Below are positions 27,786 to 36,283 of a DNA stretch of 64,000 bases, piece by piece. Positions within the stretch are counted from its first letter, which is position 1, and each line of letters begins with the position of its first letter. Position numbers and translations under genes: made by a program. Source of the DNA: a virus. The notes beneath the pieces are model-generated. The model worked only from the letters and a program-made list of their open reading frames with translations, had not been told where the DNA came from and ran no database searches. The stretch is taken from IMG/VR virus record IMGVR_UViG_3300009104_000002, positions 1-64,000 of that record. One strand, given 5' to 3'.

Positions 27786-28075
27786 TTTTTATTCTGGGAA
27801 ATTTTTAGGCCCGTCTCGCGGGTGTATCAGGCCGGCGCGGGCCGATAACCCAGTTAGGAAGCCACTTTCCGGCGAGTGGGAGGGGGAGGGGGGTCCCCCC
27901 GGTAATGCCCTTTAAACCTGACAAATCGTTTGCTGTCTGTGAAAAATCAGTTTGTAACTTGTTTATTTTTGTCAATACCTTTATGTCAATTACTTGTCAA
28001 TTCGTTATAGTCTAGTTAGACCCTGGGCAATTGCGTGTCAAGAACTAAGTTGTCAAGTCTATGTCAATTCGTTAT

Positions 28076-28193
28076 AATAATGCTTGACAAACAAAAAGGC
28101 AGGAACAAACTGCTTTCTCACGAGGTGTGTGTGATTATGAACGATTAGTCATAAAGCAGTTTGTTCCTGCCTTTTCATTTGTCAAGCATTATT
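28076..28193. repeat. 41-bp inverted repeat with 36-nt spacer, 2 mismatches
   Basis: Arms at 28076-28116 and 28153-28193. Confidence 0.9.
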
Positions 28194-28231
28194 TTGTCAA
28201 GAGAATGTAAACAATTAAATAAAAACTTGAC

Positions 28232-28259
28232 AAAGAAAAAGCCAGCTTGATGCTGGCTT
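28232..28259 (-). terminator. intrinsic terminator closing the early region
   Basis: Minus strand AAGCCAGC-ATCAA-GCTGGCTT followed by TTTCTTTG. Confidence 0.7.
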
Positions 28260-28294
28260 ATCGAGGGCATATATGTTATTTTGTTATGGCTGAT

Positions 28295-28453
28295 TCAGGA
28301 GAAGAAACCTCCACAATAGAGGACTGTCGCTAAGAGAAGGATTAAGGCGGTATTCTTCCACATGCTGATTTCGAGCTTTTGACCGTGCAAAAGCACGCCC
28401 GCGCAAAAGGTAATTGAAAGGTAGACAATGATGATGACTGCTGGAATAGACAC
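28295..28453 (-). CDS. 52-aa two-TM protein (GTG start)
   Basis: MSIPAVIIIVYLSITFCAGVLL...MWKNTALILLLATVLYCGGFFS. Confidence 0.55.
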   Translation of the reverse strand: MSIPAVIIIVYLSITFCAGVLLHGQKLEISMWKNTALILLLATVLYCGGFFS

Positions 28454-28455
28454 TT

Positions 28456-28767
28456 TTAAACGTCCTTTTCGACGGGGTTCATAAAGATAGTTTCTAACAT
28501 AAATTTGCGGTCTTTGATGTTCGCTGATATAAGAGTTTTAAACTCTTCTTTCTTTGAACCCTCAGACTCTTTAAAGCCTTTGAGCAATTCTCGGCCTTCT
28601 AAGCGCACTTCTTCCATGATGCGCATTGTTTCGGTTAAAGCTGTATTAAACAAGAGGTTGGTTGTGAAGGTTAAAGCTCTGATTTGAGCGAGTTCGAGAG
28701 GAGTCAGTTTGTCAGTTTGCATGGGCATGATTAAGAATTCCTTATATGGTAGGTAAGAAGGGCACAA
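28456..28767 (-). CDS. helical hypothetical protein (true start probably MPMQ)
   Basis: Coding-like composition. Confidence 0.65.
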   Translation of the reverse strand: MCPSYLPYKEFLIMPMQTDKLTPLELAQIRALTFTTNLLFNTALTETMRIMEEVRLEGRELLKGFKESEGSKKEEFKTLISANIKDRKFMLETIFMNPVEKDV

Positions 28768-28884
28768 TTGTAATTATGAACGTATATAATTAAATGCAGG
28801 TTAAAAGTTGACAATTTATCGCTTGATTATCTAGTTAGAATGGGCGACGTACACAGCGTGATTTCACAGTTTCCCCCTTGATTA

Positions 28885-29265
28885 TTAACAATCTCTGATA
28901 GTTGTATTTAATAGTACGTTTTCATTGGGTTCTGGTTCCTCCCACGATACTCCACTTTGAACCACTTCTTTCCCTTCTGGGCGATAAGCAAGTTCCCACC
29001 TGTATACTTCATGGTCTATATACTCTAGGGGGATAGTGAAGGTTGAACCTGGATTATTGAGGTCAGAACTCTGGGTAAAATCTCTATAAACGATATGTAA
29101 GGTTAAATCTGTATAATCATTTATATATTCATTATTGGCCTCGGAACTTTGTTTTGCGAGAACGAGGTATTTACCAATTACTTCGCCGTTTTTGGGATGG
29201 TCGGCGCGATTGGCGATACAAACTATCATATCACCGGGCTTCGCATTTTCAAGGTTCCAACTCAT
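28885..29265 (-). CDS. SH3/KOW-like early protein
   Basis: AKPGDMIVC...KYLVL...NPGSTF...WEL...VQSGVSWEE. Confidence 0.7.
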   Translation of the reverse strand: MSWNLENAKPGDMIVCIANRADHPKNGEVIGKYLVLAKQSSEANNEYINDYTDLTLHIVYRDFTQSSDLNNPGSTFTIPLEYIDHEVYRWELAYRPEGKEVVQSGVSWEEPEPNENVLLNTTIRDC

Positions 29266-29541
29266 TTATTTGTTCTTCCCTCGAACTCTTTCGGGTTCGA
29301 CGTAAGCGTAGTTTCTACCTGTATATTTGCCCACCGAAATATCCACCTTGATAACTTCTTTATCGTGGATTGTCAAACGCTCCAAAGCCCGCTTTGTAAC
29401 TTGGATATAGTTACAAGGCAAGCGGGTGTTGTTCAAGAGGACGGGCACCGAAAAGGTAGTTTTTTTCTGCCTTTTGAGCCAGTGATGAAACGACTCGGTG
29501 TCGTTGAAAGTCAAGGTTTTTCCTAGATTATCGTCTGACAT
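29266..29541 (-). CDS. hypothetical protein (start MSDDNL)
   Basis: GAGGGG RBS. Confidence 0.65.
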   Translation of the reverse strand: MSDDNLGKTLTFNDTESFHHWLKRQKKTTFSVPVLLNNTRLPCNYIQVTKRALERLTIHDKEVIKVDISVGKYTGRNYAYVEPERVRGKNK

Positions 29542-29542
29542 A

Positions 29543-29965
29543 TTATAGCCCCTCAACGTCTGCATCGATGTTGGCGGCCATAACGTCGGATAAAACTCCG
29601 TTTTTGTTCTTTGAGTCAATCCAATTGCACCATGCTTCTCGGCGAGCGGGGCCGTCAACGATTCCATCTTGCTCATATTGGGCTTTGATATGGGGTAATT
29701 CGACCTCCTCGAATTCCCGTATTGCTAACTGGGTTTTCTTCGCAAGCTCGGCGTCGAACGCATCTGTTACGGTTTCAAGCATATTATCGGCCAGTTCCTC
29801 GATGTCGCCTTCAAAGGCGGATAATGCGTCATAGGAAACATCGGATGCTTCGATGGTTTTATCCAAGGTATAAAGCTCGTTTTCGAGCGTTTCCTCAATG
29901 GCGGCGTGGATAGCGGATAATAGGGCGGCGTGAATATTGCTGATTTGGTCGGTTGAAAGGGTCAT
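29543..29965 (-). CDS. acidic hypothetical protein (start MTLSTD)
   Basis: AGGAG RBS; ARREAWCNWIDS motif. Confidence 0.7.
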   Translation of the reverse strand: MTLSTDQISNIHAALLSAIHAAIEETLENELYTLDKTIEASDVSYDALSAFEGDIEELADNMLETVTDAFDAELAKKTQLAIREFEEVELPHIKAQYEQDGIVDGPARREAWCNWIDSKNKNGVLSDVMAANIDADVEGL

Positions 29966-30017
29966 GTGATAGGCTCCTGAAAAGTAAGTTTTAAATTGGT
30001 TTATTGAAGGGTGTCGA

Positions 30018-30164
30018 TTATTGTTGAGTTTCGCGGCGGGTTTTGAGCCGGTTAAGGCATTTCTTAATTGGGTCGTCGGCGTCATCTTCGAGGGCATAGC
30101 CGACGAGAAGGGCGGCGCTGATTATCACCGGCAAAACTATAATAAGAAGAAGTAATGTTATCAT
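30018..30164 (-). CDS. 48-aa single-TM protein
   Basis: GAGG RBS; MITLLLLIIVLPVIISAALLVGYALEDD... Confidence 0.55.
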   Translation of the reverse strand: MITLLLLIIVLPVIISAALLVGYALEDDADDPIKKCLNRLKTRRETQQ

Positions 30165-30177
30165 TTGTGGCCTCGGA

Positions 30178-30432
30178 TTATCGGGTTTCTAAGCCGGTAA
30201 CTTCCTGAATCTCGGAAGGACTGGCGGGGACGGTTGTGAAGTTAGAAGGGTGATAATTGCGAACTGCCGCATTACGGTGCTTGTTAGTAGTATTTGAATA
30301 CTTCTTCGAATTAACCAAGGTCAAACCTTCCTTATGAAGGACGACGACCTGCGGGACGCCGTAGCTCAAAAGCGCCCTGAAAACTGGGGTTTCGATGAGT
30401 GTTTGATTGGATGCGATGTTAGTGATTTTCAT
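30178..30432 (-). CDS. conserved-type phage early protein (LSYG...KYSNTTNKH)
   Basis: Motif typical of small phage proteins; start MKITN. Confidence 0.65.
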   Translation of the reverse strand: MKITNIASNQTLIETPVFRALLSYGVPQVVVLHKEGLTLVNSKKYSNTTNKHRNAAVRNYHPSNFTTVPASPSEIQEVTGLETR

Positions 30433-30596
30433 GGTTGAAAGTACCTTATGAATGAGTGAGTGATAGTTGATTGAGGGTTGGGTGAAAAGTAAGGTTAAAG
30501 GTGGCTTTTGCCGATTGGGGGCGCGACTTCCAAGCATAACGCGCTTATGTAAACGTCATCGACGGTGAATCCTCCAAAGCTAGGGGTGAAAGGTGA

Positions 30597-30797
30597 TTAT
30601 CGAGCGGGCTGAACGTCGTAACCGTACTGCTGCAAAAGGTTGATTGCATGCACCAAATCGACATCATCGATTTGGTCGGGCCGGATTCGGTAATTCTCGG
30701 AAACGATACCGTTGTGGACGGCGCACGCGGCGGTACGGACCTCGAAGGCTGAAAAGCCGGGAATAACGTGACCATCTGGAAGGGTGAGATTATACAT
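30597..30797 (-). CDS. hypothetical protein (start MYNLTL)
   Basis: GGAG RBS downstream of a promoter cassette. Confidence 0.65.
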   Translation of the reverse strand: MYNLTLPDGHVIPGFSAFEVRTAACAVHNGIVSENYRIRPDQIDDVDLVHAINLLQQYGYDVQPAR

Positions 30798-30880
30798 AGA
30801 AGAAACTCCAATATCGCGCACGCGAGCGAGAAGCGCGAAGGAAGGGTAAAAAGTTGTGAACTGCTCGATTTCATATACAT

Positions 30881-30935
30881 ATTATACCGCGAAACTGGAG
30901 AAATGTATACCCCTATCTTGTCAAGAGAATGTCAA
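30881..30935 (-). promoter_or_regulatory. triple-box early promoter cassette (degenerate -35 TATACA)
   Basis: attata at 30881; boxes at 30905, 30920, 30931. Confidence 0.7.
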
Positions 30936-30939
30936 GACG

Positions 30940-31038
30940 TTATTGTCGGCCACAAAGCACGACAATCAAGGTTAAGAAAGATGCGCTAAAGGCACACAAG
31001 AGCAATAAGACAAGAGCAAGTTCGGCGCTTATCATCAT
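30940..31038 (-). CDS. 32-aa membrane peptide
   Basis: AGGAG RBS; MMISAELALVLLLLCAFSASFLTLIVVLCGRQ. Confidence 0.5.
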   Translation of the reverse strand: MMISAELALVLLLLCAFSASFLTLIVVLCGRQ

Positions 31039-31256
31039 TTTAATTCTCCTTCCCACGATAATCCGCTTTCAACGAGGATTTTCCACTTGTCGCCCACTTG
31101 GCTGAACATCCACTCCCCGACTTGTCGCGTTGAACCTATCTTATCGAGGACTAGGTATCTTCCTATCTCATCGTATTCGTTCGTTGCCGGGATTCGGGAG
31201 TATCTAACCAATATATCGCCGGGTTGTGGGTTTAGCTTTGCCACTCTTTCCTCCAA
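31035..31256 (-). CDS. SH3/KOW-like early protein
   Basis: PQPGDILVRY...RYLVL...WKILVESGLSWE, paralog of 28885-29265. Confidence 0.7.
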   Translation of the reverse strand: MEERVAKLNPQPGDILVRYSRIPATNEYDEIGRYLVLDKIGSTRQVGEWMFSQVGDKWKILVESGLSWEGELK

Positions 31257-31510
31257 TAACCGGCCTCCAAGGTGCTATATGAGAAGAAGGCTAGCTGTCC
31301 GGGCTTGTCTGGCTTGCCATCGCGGTGGCCACCGGAAAACAAAATCGAGGTTTTAACTCCGTTATCGAGCCTCTGGATGATTATGTGCCTTTGAAGCTCC
31401 ATATAGTCGGTGCCCGCTCCAAGGGTTTCGCGTGAGGTTAGTCTCGCCCATTGGCTAATTATATCCCCGACTTTCAAGGTGTGGGCGTTTATCTTACTTT
31501 TGAAGTGCAT
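31232..31510 (-). CDS. SH3/KOW-like early protein
   Basis: LKVGDIIS...RHIII...KPGQ...YWRKE. Confidence 0.7.
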   Translation of the reverse strand: MHFKSKINAHTLKVGDIISQWARLTSRETLGAGTDYMELQRHIIIQRLDNGVKTSILFSGGHRDGKPDKPGQLAFFSYSTLEAGYWRKEWQS

Positions 31511-31646
31511 TTTAAGCCTCTGTTATAAAAAATTTGGCGAAATAAAAAAATCGGCGTATCAAGCACACAATCCTGGGGGCCGCCGAGAACCGCGCTGGAA
31601 ACTTCATTATTTTAGTTCCCATTGGGATTCTTTGAAACCCAATTGT

Positions 31647-31907
31647 CTAAGCCGCACCTTTCACTTCCTCGATTCGCCAGTGAGTACGGTCAATATCGCA
31701 CGGTGCGCGAAAAAGGTCTTGGTAACATGGTTTTGGCAAGCTAAACTTGGCACCGGGTGGGAAACCATTATCTTCATCATGCAATAGCACGATTGTCTCG
31801 TACTTATCTGGCTTTTCTTCGATTACGATACAACGAAAGAGGTCGCACTCCTCCAAAGGGCTGTAACAAACTAAGAAATCACCGATGTTAAGCTGTGGTG
31901 CTGACAA
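31647..31907 (-). CDS. SH3/KOW-like early protein
   Basis: LNIGDFLVC...RCIVIE...ETIVLL...PPG...HWRIE. Confidence 0.7.
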   Translation of the reverse strand: MSAPQLNIGDFLVCYSPLEECDLFRCIVIEEKPDKYETIVLLHDEDNGFPPGAKFSLPKPCYQDLFRAPCDIDRTHWRIEEVKGAA

Positions 31908-32145
31908 GTTTCCTCCATTTATCAGTATCTAGGTCGATTATTTGAAAATTATAAATGTCGCCCGGTTGCCAACCATCGCTAGCGTCGAGCAATACCACAG
32001 TTCTAAACAGCCTTTTCGTGACTTCGAAGATATAAAGCCTTGAATACTCACAAAGACCAAGGCGCGAATCGCGGGCTTGAAGGCTGATTATATCGCCAGC
32101 CTTCAATTCTTCGGTTTTAAACTGAATTCTAGTCATCGATTGCAA
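31888..32145 (-). CDS. SH3/KOW-like early protein
   Basis: LKAGDIISL...RLYIFE...RTVVLL...QPGD...KWRKL. Confidence 0.7.
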   Translation of the reverse strand: MQSMTRIQFKTEELKAGDIISLQARDSRLGLCEYSRLYIFEVTKRLFRTVVLLDASDGWQPGDIYNFQIIDLDTDKWRKLVSTTA

Positions 32146-33475
32146 TCACTCGCTCATTCGTTTGGAAGTAAGGGCGTTCTGCGCAAGCCTTGGTAGTCAT
32201 CCACATGCGCTGGCAGTTGCTGGAAACCGGCTTAGGAGCCTCCATATCGGTTAGTACGATGTGACCATCAAATTTATTCTCATTTACCCACTTAGTTGGG
32301 GCGTTAAAGCAGGTTCCACCGTACATATAACGGATTTTCTCATGTCGCTCGCCCTTCTTCCAGACGTGCACATGTGCCTCTGAAACCTGGGTATCAAAGG
32401 GGACAATCGTAAAGTCGGCGATTTGTGCCAACTTCTCAAGCTCGGAATAGAAGGCTGTAAGCATACTATCGGAGACACTGCCCGATTGGTCAATTGAAAT
32501 GGCGATTTTCGCCTGACGCTTTGCTTTGCGACCGGGATGGACATAAGCATAACGCCGGTTCAACCTCTTGATTGTCGAAGTCCTATCGGCGCGTTGGGAA
32601 GCCTTGACGAATGAACGCAGGACGGCTCTCCAGTTGACTTTTGGAGTTATAACCTCCTTTATCGTCCGGCGCATACCAGCAGAGACAGAGCCGAACCCTT
32701 TGGATTGGGCCTCGACAAAAGCCTCTTTGATACTCTCTTTTAATCGCTCCTCGGCGATTTTGCGCTTTTCATCTGTACCATCGGAGTCGCCCCAATCGGA
32801 ATGGTCATCAAAGCCGTTTCCACTGGAAGGACCGGGCTTTTCGCCGCCCTCTCCAGAGCCGTCGCCTTCACCCTCATCATCGCCGGAAGCGGAGGAAGAA
32901 CCTTCATTATCGCCTTCCTCACCCTGGCCTTCGCCTTCACCTTCGCCGCCTTCATCCTCGGGATTGTCGGGGAGCAAAGTCATATATTCCTCAGCCGAAA
33001 GATGAGGGGGAAGGTCCACAAACGGGCCGACCGTTGGAATACAGGCCATATCTACCGGCAAAAGGGAACTTTCGACGGCACAGCCAGTCGGAGTATCGGC
33101 ATGGCGTGTAAATACAGTTAGTTCGCTGTTTATCGCGAGGTCCGTGGCAATATTCCATTTCTTCGTCATCTTTCCATCGGGTAGGCGAGAAGTGACGTGC
33201 AAAAGCATAATATGGTAGAACTCGTGCAATAGTACGCCTTTAACGTACTTTATATCTTGGTCGAGCATCTTCGCCATGAAGTCTGGATTATACATCAGTT
33301 CAAACCGGCATTTTTCCTCATTGAAGCGGACGCCAGCGGTAGGAATGGACTTAGAAGGTCGCTTTTCCATCTTTCGCGAAAGCGCGGAGAAGAAAGGTTC
33401 ATCGCGGAGAAGGTCAACGATGTGATTGTTGAGGTCGAAAGCTGGTAATTGCTTTTCGGGTGAGGTGATAGTCAT
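32129..33475 (-). CDS. DUF2201-type metallopeptidase-VWA protein
   Basis: LLHEFYHI, WNIATDLAIN, acidic G-rich linker, WRAVLR, and IAISIDQSGSVSD (MIDAS)...GGT.F...IVLTD. Confidence 0.9.
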   Translation of the reverse strand: MTITSPEKQLPAFDLNNHIVDLLRDEPFFSALSRKMEKRPSKSIPTAGVRFNEEKCRFELMYNPDFMAKMLDQDIKYVKGVLLHEFYHIMLLHVTSRLPDGKMTKKWNIATDLAINSELTVFTRHADTPTGCAVESSLLPVDMACIPTVGPFVDLPPHLSAEEYMTLLPDNPEDEGGEGEGEGQGEEGDNEGSSSASGDDEGEGDGSGEGGEKPGPSSGNGFDDHSDWGDSDGTDEKRKIAEERLKESIKEAFVEAQSKGFGSVSAGMRRTIKEVITPKVNWRAVLRSFVKASQRADRTSTIKRLNRRYAYVHPGRKAKRQAKIAISIDQSGSVSDSMLTAFYSELEKLAQIADFTIVPFDTQVSEAHVHVWKKGERHEKIRYMYGGTCFNAPTKWVNENKFDGHIVLTDMEAPKPVSSNCQRMWMTTKACAERPYFQTNERVIAIDD

Positions 33476-33500
33476 AAGAAGAACTCCAAGTTATATATAC

Positions 33501-33555
33501 ATTATACACGTTTTTCGCGTATAAGTAAAGAGAAAAGTTGTAAAGAAAATGTCAA
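33501..33555 (-). promoter_or_regulatory. triple-box early promoter cassette
   Basis: attata at 33501; boxes at 33525, 33540, 33551. Confidence 0.8.
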
Positions 33556-33568
33556 GGGTGAAAAGGGT

Positions 33569-33605
33569 GGTTGCAAGGGAGGATAACCAACTCCCCCTTG
33601 CAACC
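33569..33605 (-). terminator. hairpin after the AAA gene (GGTTGCAAGGG/CCCTTGCAACC)
   Basis: 11-bp perfect stem; weak U tract. Confidence 0.5.
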
Positions 33606-33625
33606 GGAGCTATCACACTCGTAAA

Positions 33626-34780
33626 TTATTTGCCTCCAAGCAGCTTAATGAACGCCTCGACCTTTCCCTGCTTTGCAAGCTCCCGATGGAAGTTCGAGCC
33701 ATTGTCGGCGGAAATCTGGTTATTCGCCTTGGTTAGCGTAGTAAACAGTTTCATCCTCGCTTCTGCCGGGAGGGTATCAAAGTACCGGACCAAATTGGAC
33801 ATTTTGGATTCTTCCATTTTGGAGTTGAAAACCTCACTTGCATCCATTTTCTCAATCAAGGAGACGTGGTCAACCAAGCCGAAATCGGAGGTTTTATCTA
33901 CCTTACCGTGGACCAAAATATCGTCAACGGTTACCTGTCGCTCGTAATTCTCAACAAAATCACGCAACGCAACGGCGGCCTCAAAACCTACGAATCCGTT
34001 GGACAGATTGAAAAGCAAGCCCAAATCTGCCTTTTCGTCGTCAAGCATATTGACCTTTGCAAGCGTATTGCTCAGGCGGTGCCATGAACGGCGCGAAGGG
34101 TGAACAATGCCCGGTTCAAACTCGCCTTTGTGCTCCAAGTGGTCTTGGTTCTGGTTGATGAAGTCCCAAATGATAGGGTGAACCTCGGTTTTGCCCCAAT
34201 CAAGCCAATCTTCGACGCTAGGCTCAACGTCAAAGCAAACCCAACGGTCAAGTTCAGCCGGGTCCATATCAGCAACTTGGTATTGTGCAGCATGAACGCC
34301 GCCATTCACCGCGCCGAAAATGACCGTCCCAGGATGGAGTTTCCAACCGTTGATTTGGCGACTATCGCCAAGCTGGAAAAATCCCTGTCGAACCTCAGTC
34401 GTGGCTCGGTCAATTTCATCGAGAAAGAGCACGACAGGCTCAGTACAGGCCCGCACAAGCCACGAGAAGGGTCGTAAAGCCGCCGCCGCCTGACCATTGA
34501 CCTTGACCATCTCGGGGGATGGGAGGCCCAACAAGTCGCCCTCAGTCATCTGTGAGGCGCGTTGCTCAATAACTGGAAGAGGGGTTTCACCCTTCTTAAT
34601 CGGGCGCGTGGTTTTGGTCTTTTTATCCCACGTCAAACCGTTAGCGGTTTGGTAGGCAATCCACGATTTACCGATACCGTGGCGGCCACGGATAAGGACG
34701 GAATAAAGGTTGCTTTCGTCGCCCGAAAGAAGGGTCGGAATCATTGAAAAAAGGTTTGAGAATGTGATAGCTACGGACAT
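33626..34780 (-). CDS. MoxR/dynein-related AAA+ ATPase
   Basis: Walker A GRHGIGKS, Walker B LFLDEIDRA, DMDPAELDRW, PSRRSW. Confidence 0.9.
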   Translation of the reverse strand: MSVAITFSNLFSMIPTLLSGDESNLYSVLIRGRHGIGKSWIAYQTANGLTWDKKTKTTRPIKKGETPLPVIEQRASQMTEGDLLGLPSPEMVKVNGQAAAALRPFSWLVRACTEPVVLFLDEIDRATTEVRQGFFQLGDSRQINGWKLHPGTVIFGAVNGGVHAAQYQVADMDPAELDRWVCFDVEPSVEDWLDWGKTEVHPIIWDFINQNQDHLEHKGEFEPGIVHPSRRSWHRLSNTLAKVNMLDDEKADLGLLFNLSNGFVGFEAAVALRDFVENYERQVTVDDILVHGKVDKTSDFGLVDHVSLIEKMDASEVFNSKMEESKMSNLVRYFDTLPAEARMKLFTTLTKANNQISADNGSNFHRELAKQGKVEAFIKLLGGK

Positions 34781-34827
34781 TTTAAGGCTCCAAGGTTAAG
34801 TAGGGGAGAGGTTCAAGTTATGTATAC

Positions 34828-34882
34828 ATTATACACGTTTTTTTGGGTCAAGTCAACAAAAAAGTTGTCAAGAGAATGTCAA
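34828..34882 (-). promoter_or_regulatory. triple-box early promoter cassette
   Basis: attata at 34828; boxes at 34852, 34867, 34878. Confidence 0.85.
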
Positions 34883-34896
34883 GACTCCAAAAGGGC

Positions 34897-35667
34897 CTAT
34901 AAAGCCCCATGATAGGATTTTTGTTTCTTATATACACGCTTCCAGAATTTTAAATCGCCTCCGAGCGACCACTTATCGGGCGGAATCGGAGTTTTGACGG
35001 GACTTTCCACGTCACAAAAATATTGCATCTTACTATCAGAGCGCCAATGTGAGCCTTCAATCCACTGTTTGGCAACACATTCATCCATGAGCAGCTTGGC
35101 GGTTTCGGGATCCCAAACCCAACCGGGTTCACTATTCCAACGCGCTGTTATGTCGCATAAAGGTCTGGAAAGCCATGGCGCGTTATTATCGAAATAGGAA
35201 TATTCTCTATTAAAGTGGTTGATATTATCCCAGCTTATAAGTGTAATAACGTGAGGAATACGATAGCGCGCAGACTCATAATCATCCTCGTCGGTGCGAC
35301 CCATAAACCTATCTGTCGATAAGATAGTTCCAACGCCGACTCCCAGAGCTTTCATTCTTTCGAGGATCGCCTTCCGGAAAATAGCGTTCTTAGCCTGACT
35401 TTCGAGGATGTGGGCGCGAAGCTCAGGACAGGTTGCGCGATTGTGGCCTTTGCCATCGCAATATGAGCACTTGCGGTCTTTAGCCTTCGCGCTTCTCTTG
35501 GCTTTCTTCCTATCATAAGCGGCGACCAGATGATGGCCATCGCCGTTCTCTTTGCGGATTCGCTCCATTCGGCCCGCGTATTCGGGACAAGATGATTTAT
35601 TATGCCCCCGTTCGTGACAATACGAGCACCTAACTGTTCTTTTCGCGTGTTTATAAGAGTAGGCCAT
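34897..35667 (-). CDS. protein with two CCHC zinc knuckles
   Basis: CSYCHERGHNKSSC and CSYCDGKGHNRATC match CX2CX4HX4C; GGAG RBS before MAYSYK. Confidence 0.8.
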   Translation of the reverse strand: MAYSYKHAKRTVRCSYCHERGHNKSSCPEYAGRMERIRKENGDGHHLVAAYDRKKAKRSAKAKDRKCSYCDGKGHNRATCPELRAHILESQAKNAIFRKAILERMKALGVGVGTILSTDRFMGRTDEDDYESARYRIPHVITLISWDNINHFNREYSYFDNNAPWLSRPLCDITARWNSEPGWVWDPETAKLLMDECVAKQWIEGSHWRSDSKMQYFCDVESPVKTPIPPDKWSLGGDLKFWKRVYKKQKSYHGAL

Positions 35668-35714
35668 GTGATAGACTCCAAGAGTTTGGGGTGAGTGGTT
35701 CAAGTTATGTATAC

Positions 35715-35769
35715 ATTATACACGTTATTTCGGTTCAAGTCAACAACTAAATTGTAAAGAAAATGTCAA
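35715..35769 (-). promoter_or_regulatory. triple-box early promoter cassette
   Basis: attata at 35715; boxes at 35739, 35754, 35765. Confidence 0.85.
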
Positions 35770-36008
35770 GAGGTTTTAATTTCGGTCAAAACTGGCATAA
35801 TTTCATAAGTGATACTCTCCGTGCATCCCGTGAGGTCATACCAATTCTCCAATGCCCGTTTATCAGTTATATCCTCTGGAATTTCGAACTCACCTCTCCA
35901 CTCACGCACCCATTCGAGCATCGCAGTGTTGGCCAAAGCCTCGGTTGCAACTACGGTATGGTCAGTTCCATGTCGGTGTTCATAAGTTACTAAATATATT
36001 TCTTTCAT
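35766..36008 (-). CDS. hypothetical protein
   Basis: YEHRHGTD motif; stop lies within the next cassette. Confidence 0.7.
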   Translation of the reverse strand: MKEIYLVTYEHRHGTDHTVVATEALANTAMLEWVREWRGEFEIPEDITDKRALENWYDLTGCTESITYEIMPVLTEIKTS

Positions 36009-36283
36009 TTTTATCTCGGTTTTTATAAAGTTTCAAACTGGTAAATAGATGATGACCAAGCGGGACCGTTGTCGTTTTTCTCGGATAGCCGACTTCCTAT
36101 CTGCATAAATGTATTGTTGACGCTTTAGTCGCCCCCTCGATAATGGAGATAGAAAGCCCTTTATGTACCGCATCGGCGATAAGCAACCTTCAACCCTTAG
36201 AATCGAGAGCCAGCCCTATACAGCAACGGGCTGGGTTTTGTTCTATGTGGCCCCACTTGGCCATATTCAAGTTAAGACATAGC

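Larger units (their letters stand above)
27272..27805. repeat. 20-bp direct repeats TTTTTATTCTGGGAAATTTT bracketing the HNH gene and its promoter
   Basis: Identical copies at 27272-27291 and 27786-27805. Confidence 0.85.
27786..28260. other. structured non-coding locus (origin / packaging / terminus-like)
   Basis: No ORF; GGG-A-GGGGG-A-GGGGGG-T-CCCCCC at 27878-27900; three GTCAA triplets; long inverted repeat. Confidence 0.55.

Noticed and set aside
30433-30596. Mini-ORF MTFT with GGAGG RBS and a CATAA-GCGCG-TTATG hairpin as an attenuator
   Set aside because: It is too short to distinguish from chance, and no terminator/antiterminator pair is evident.
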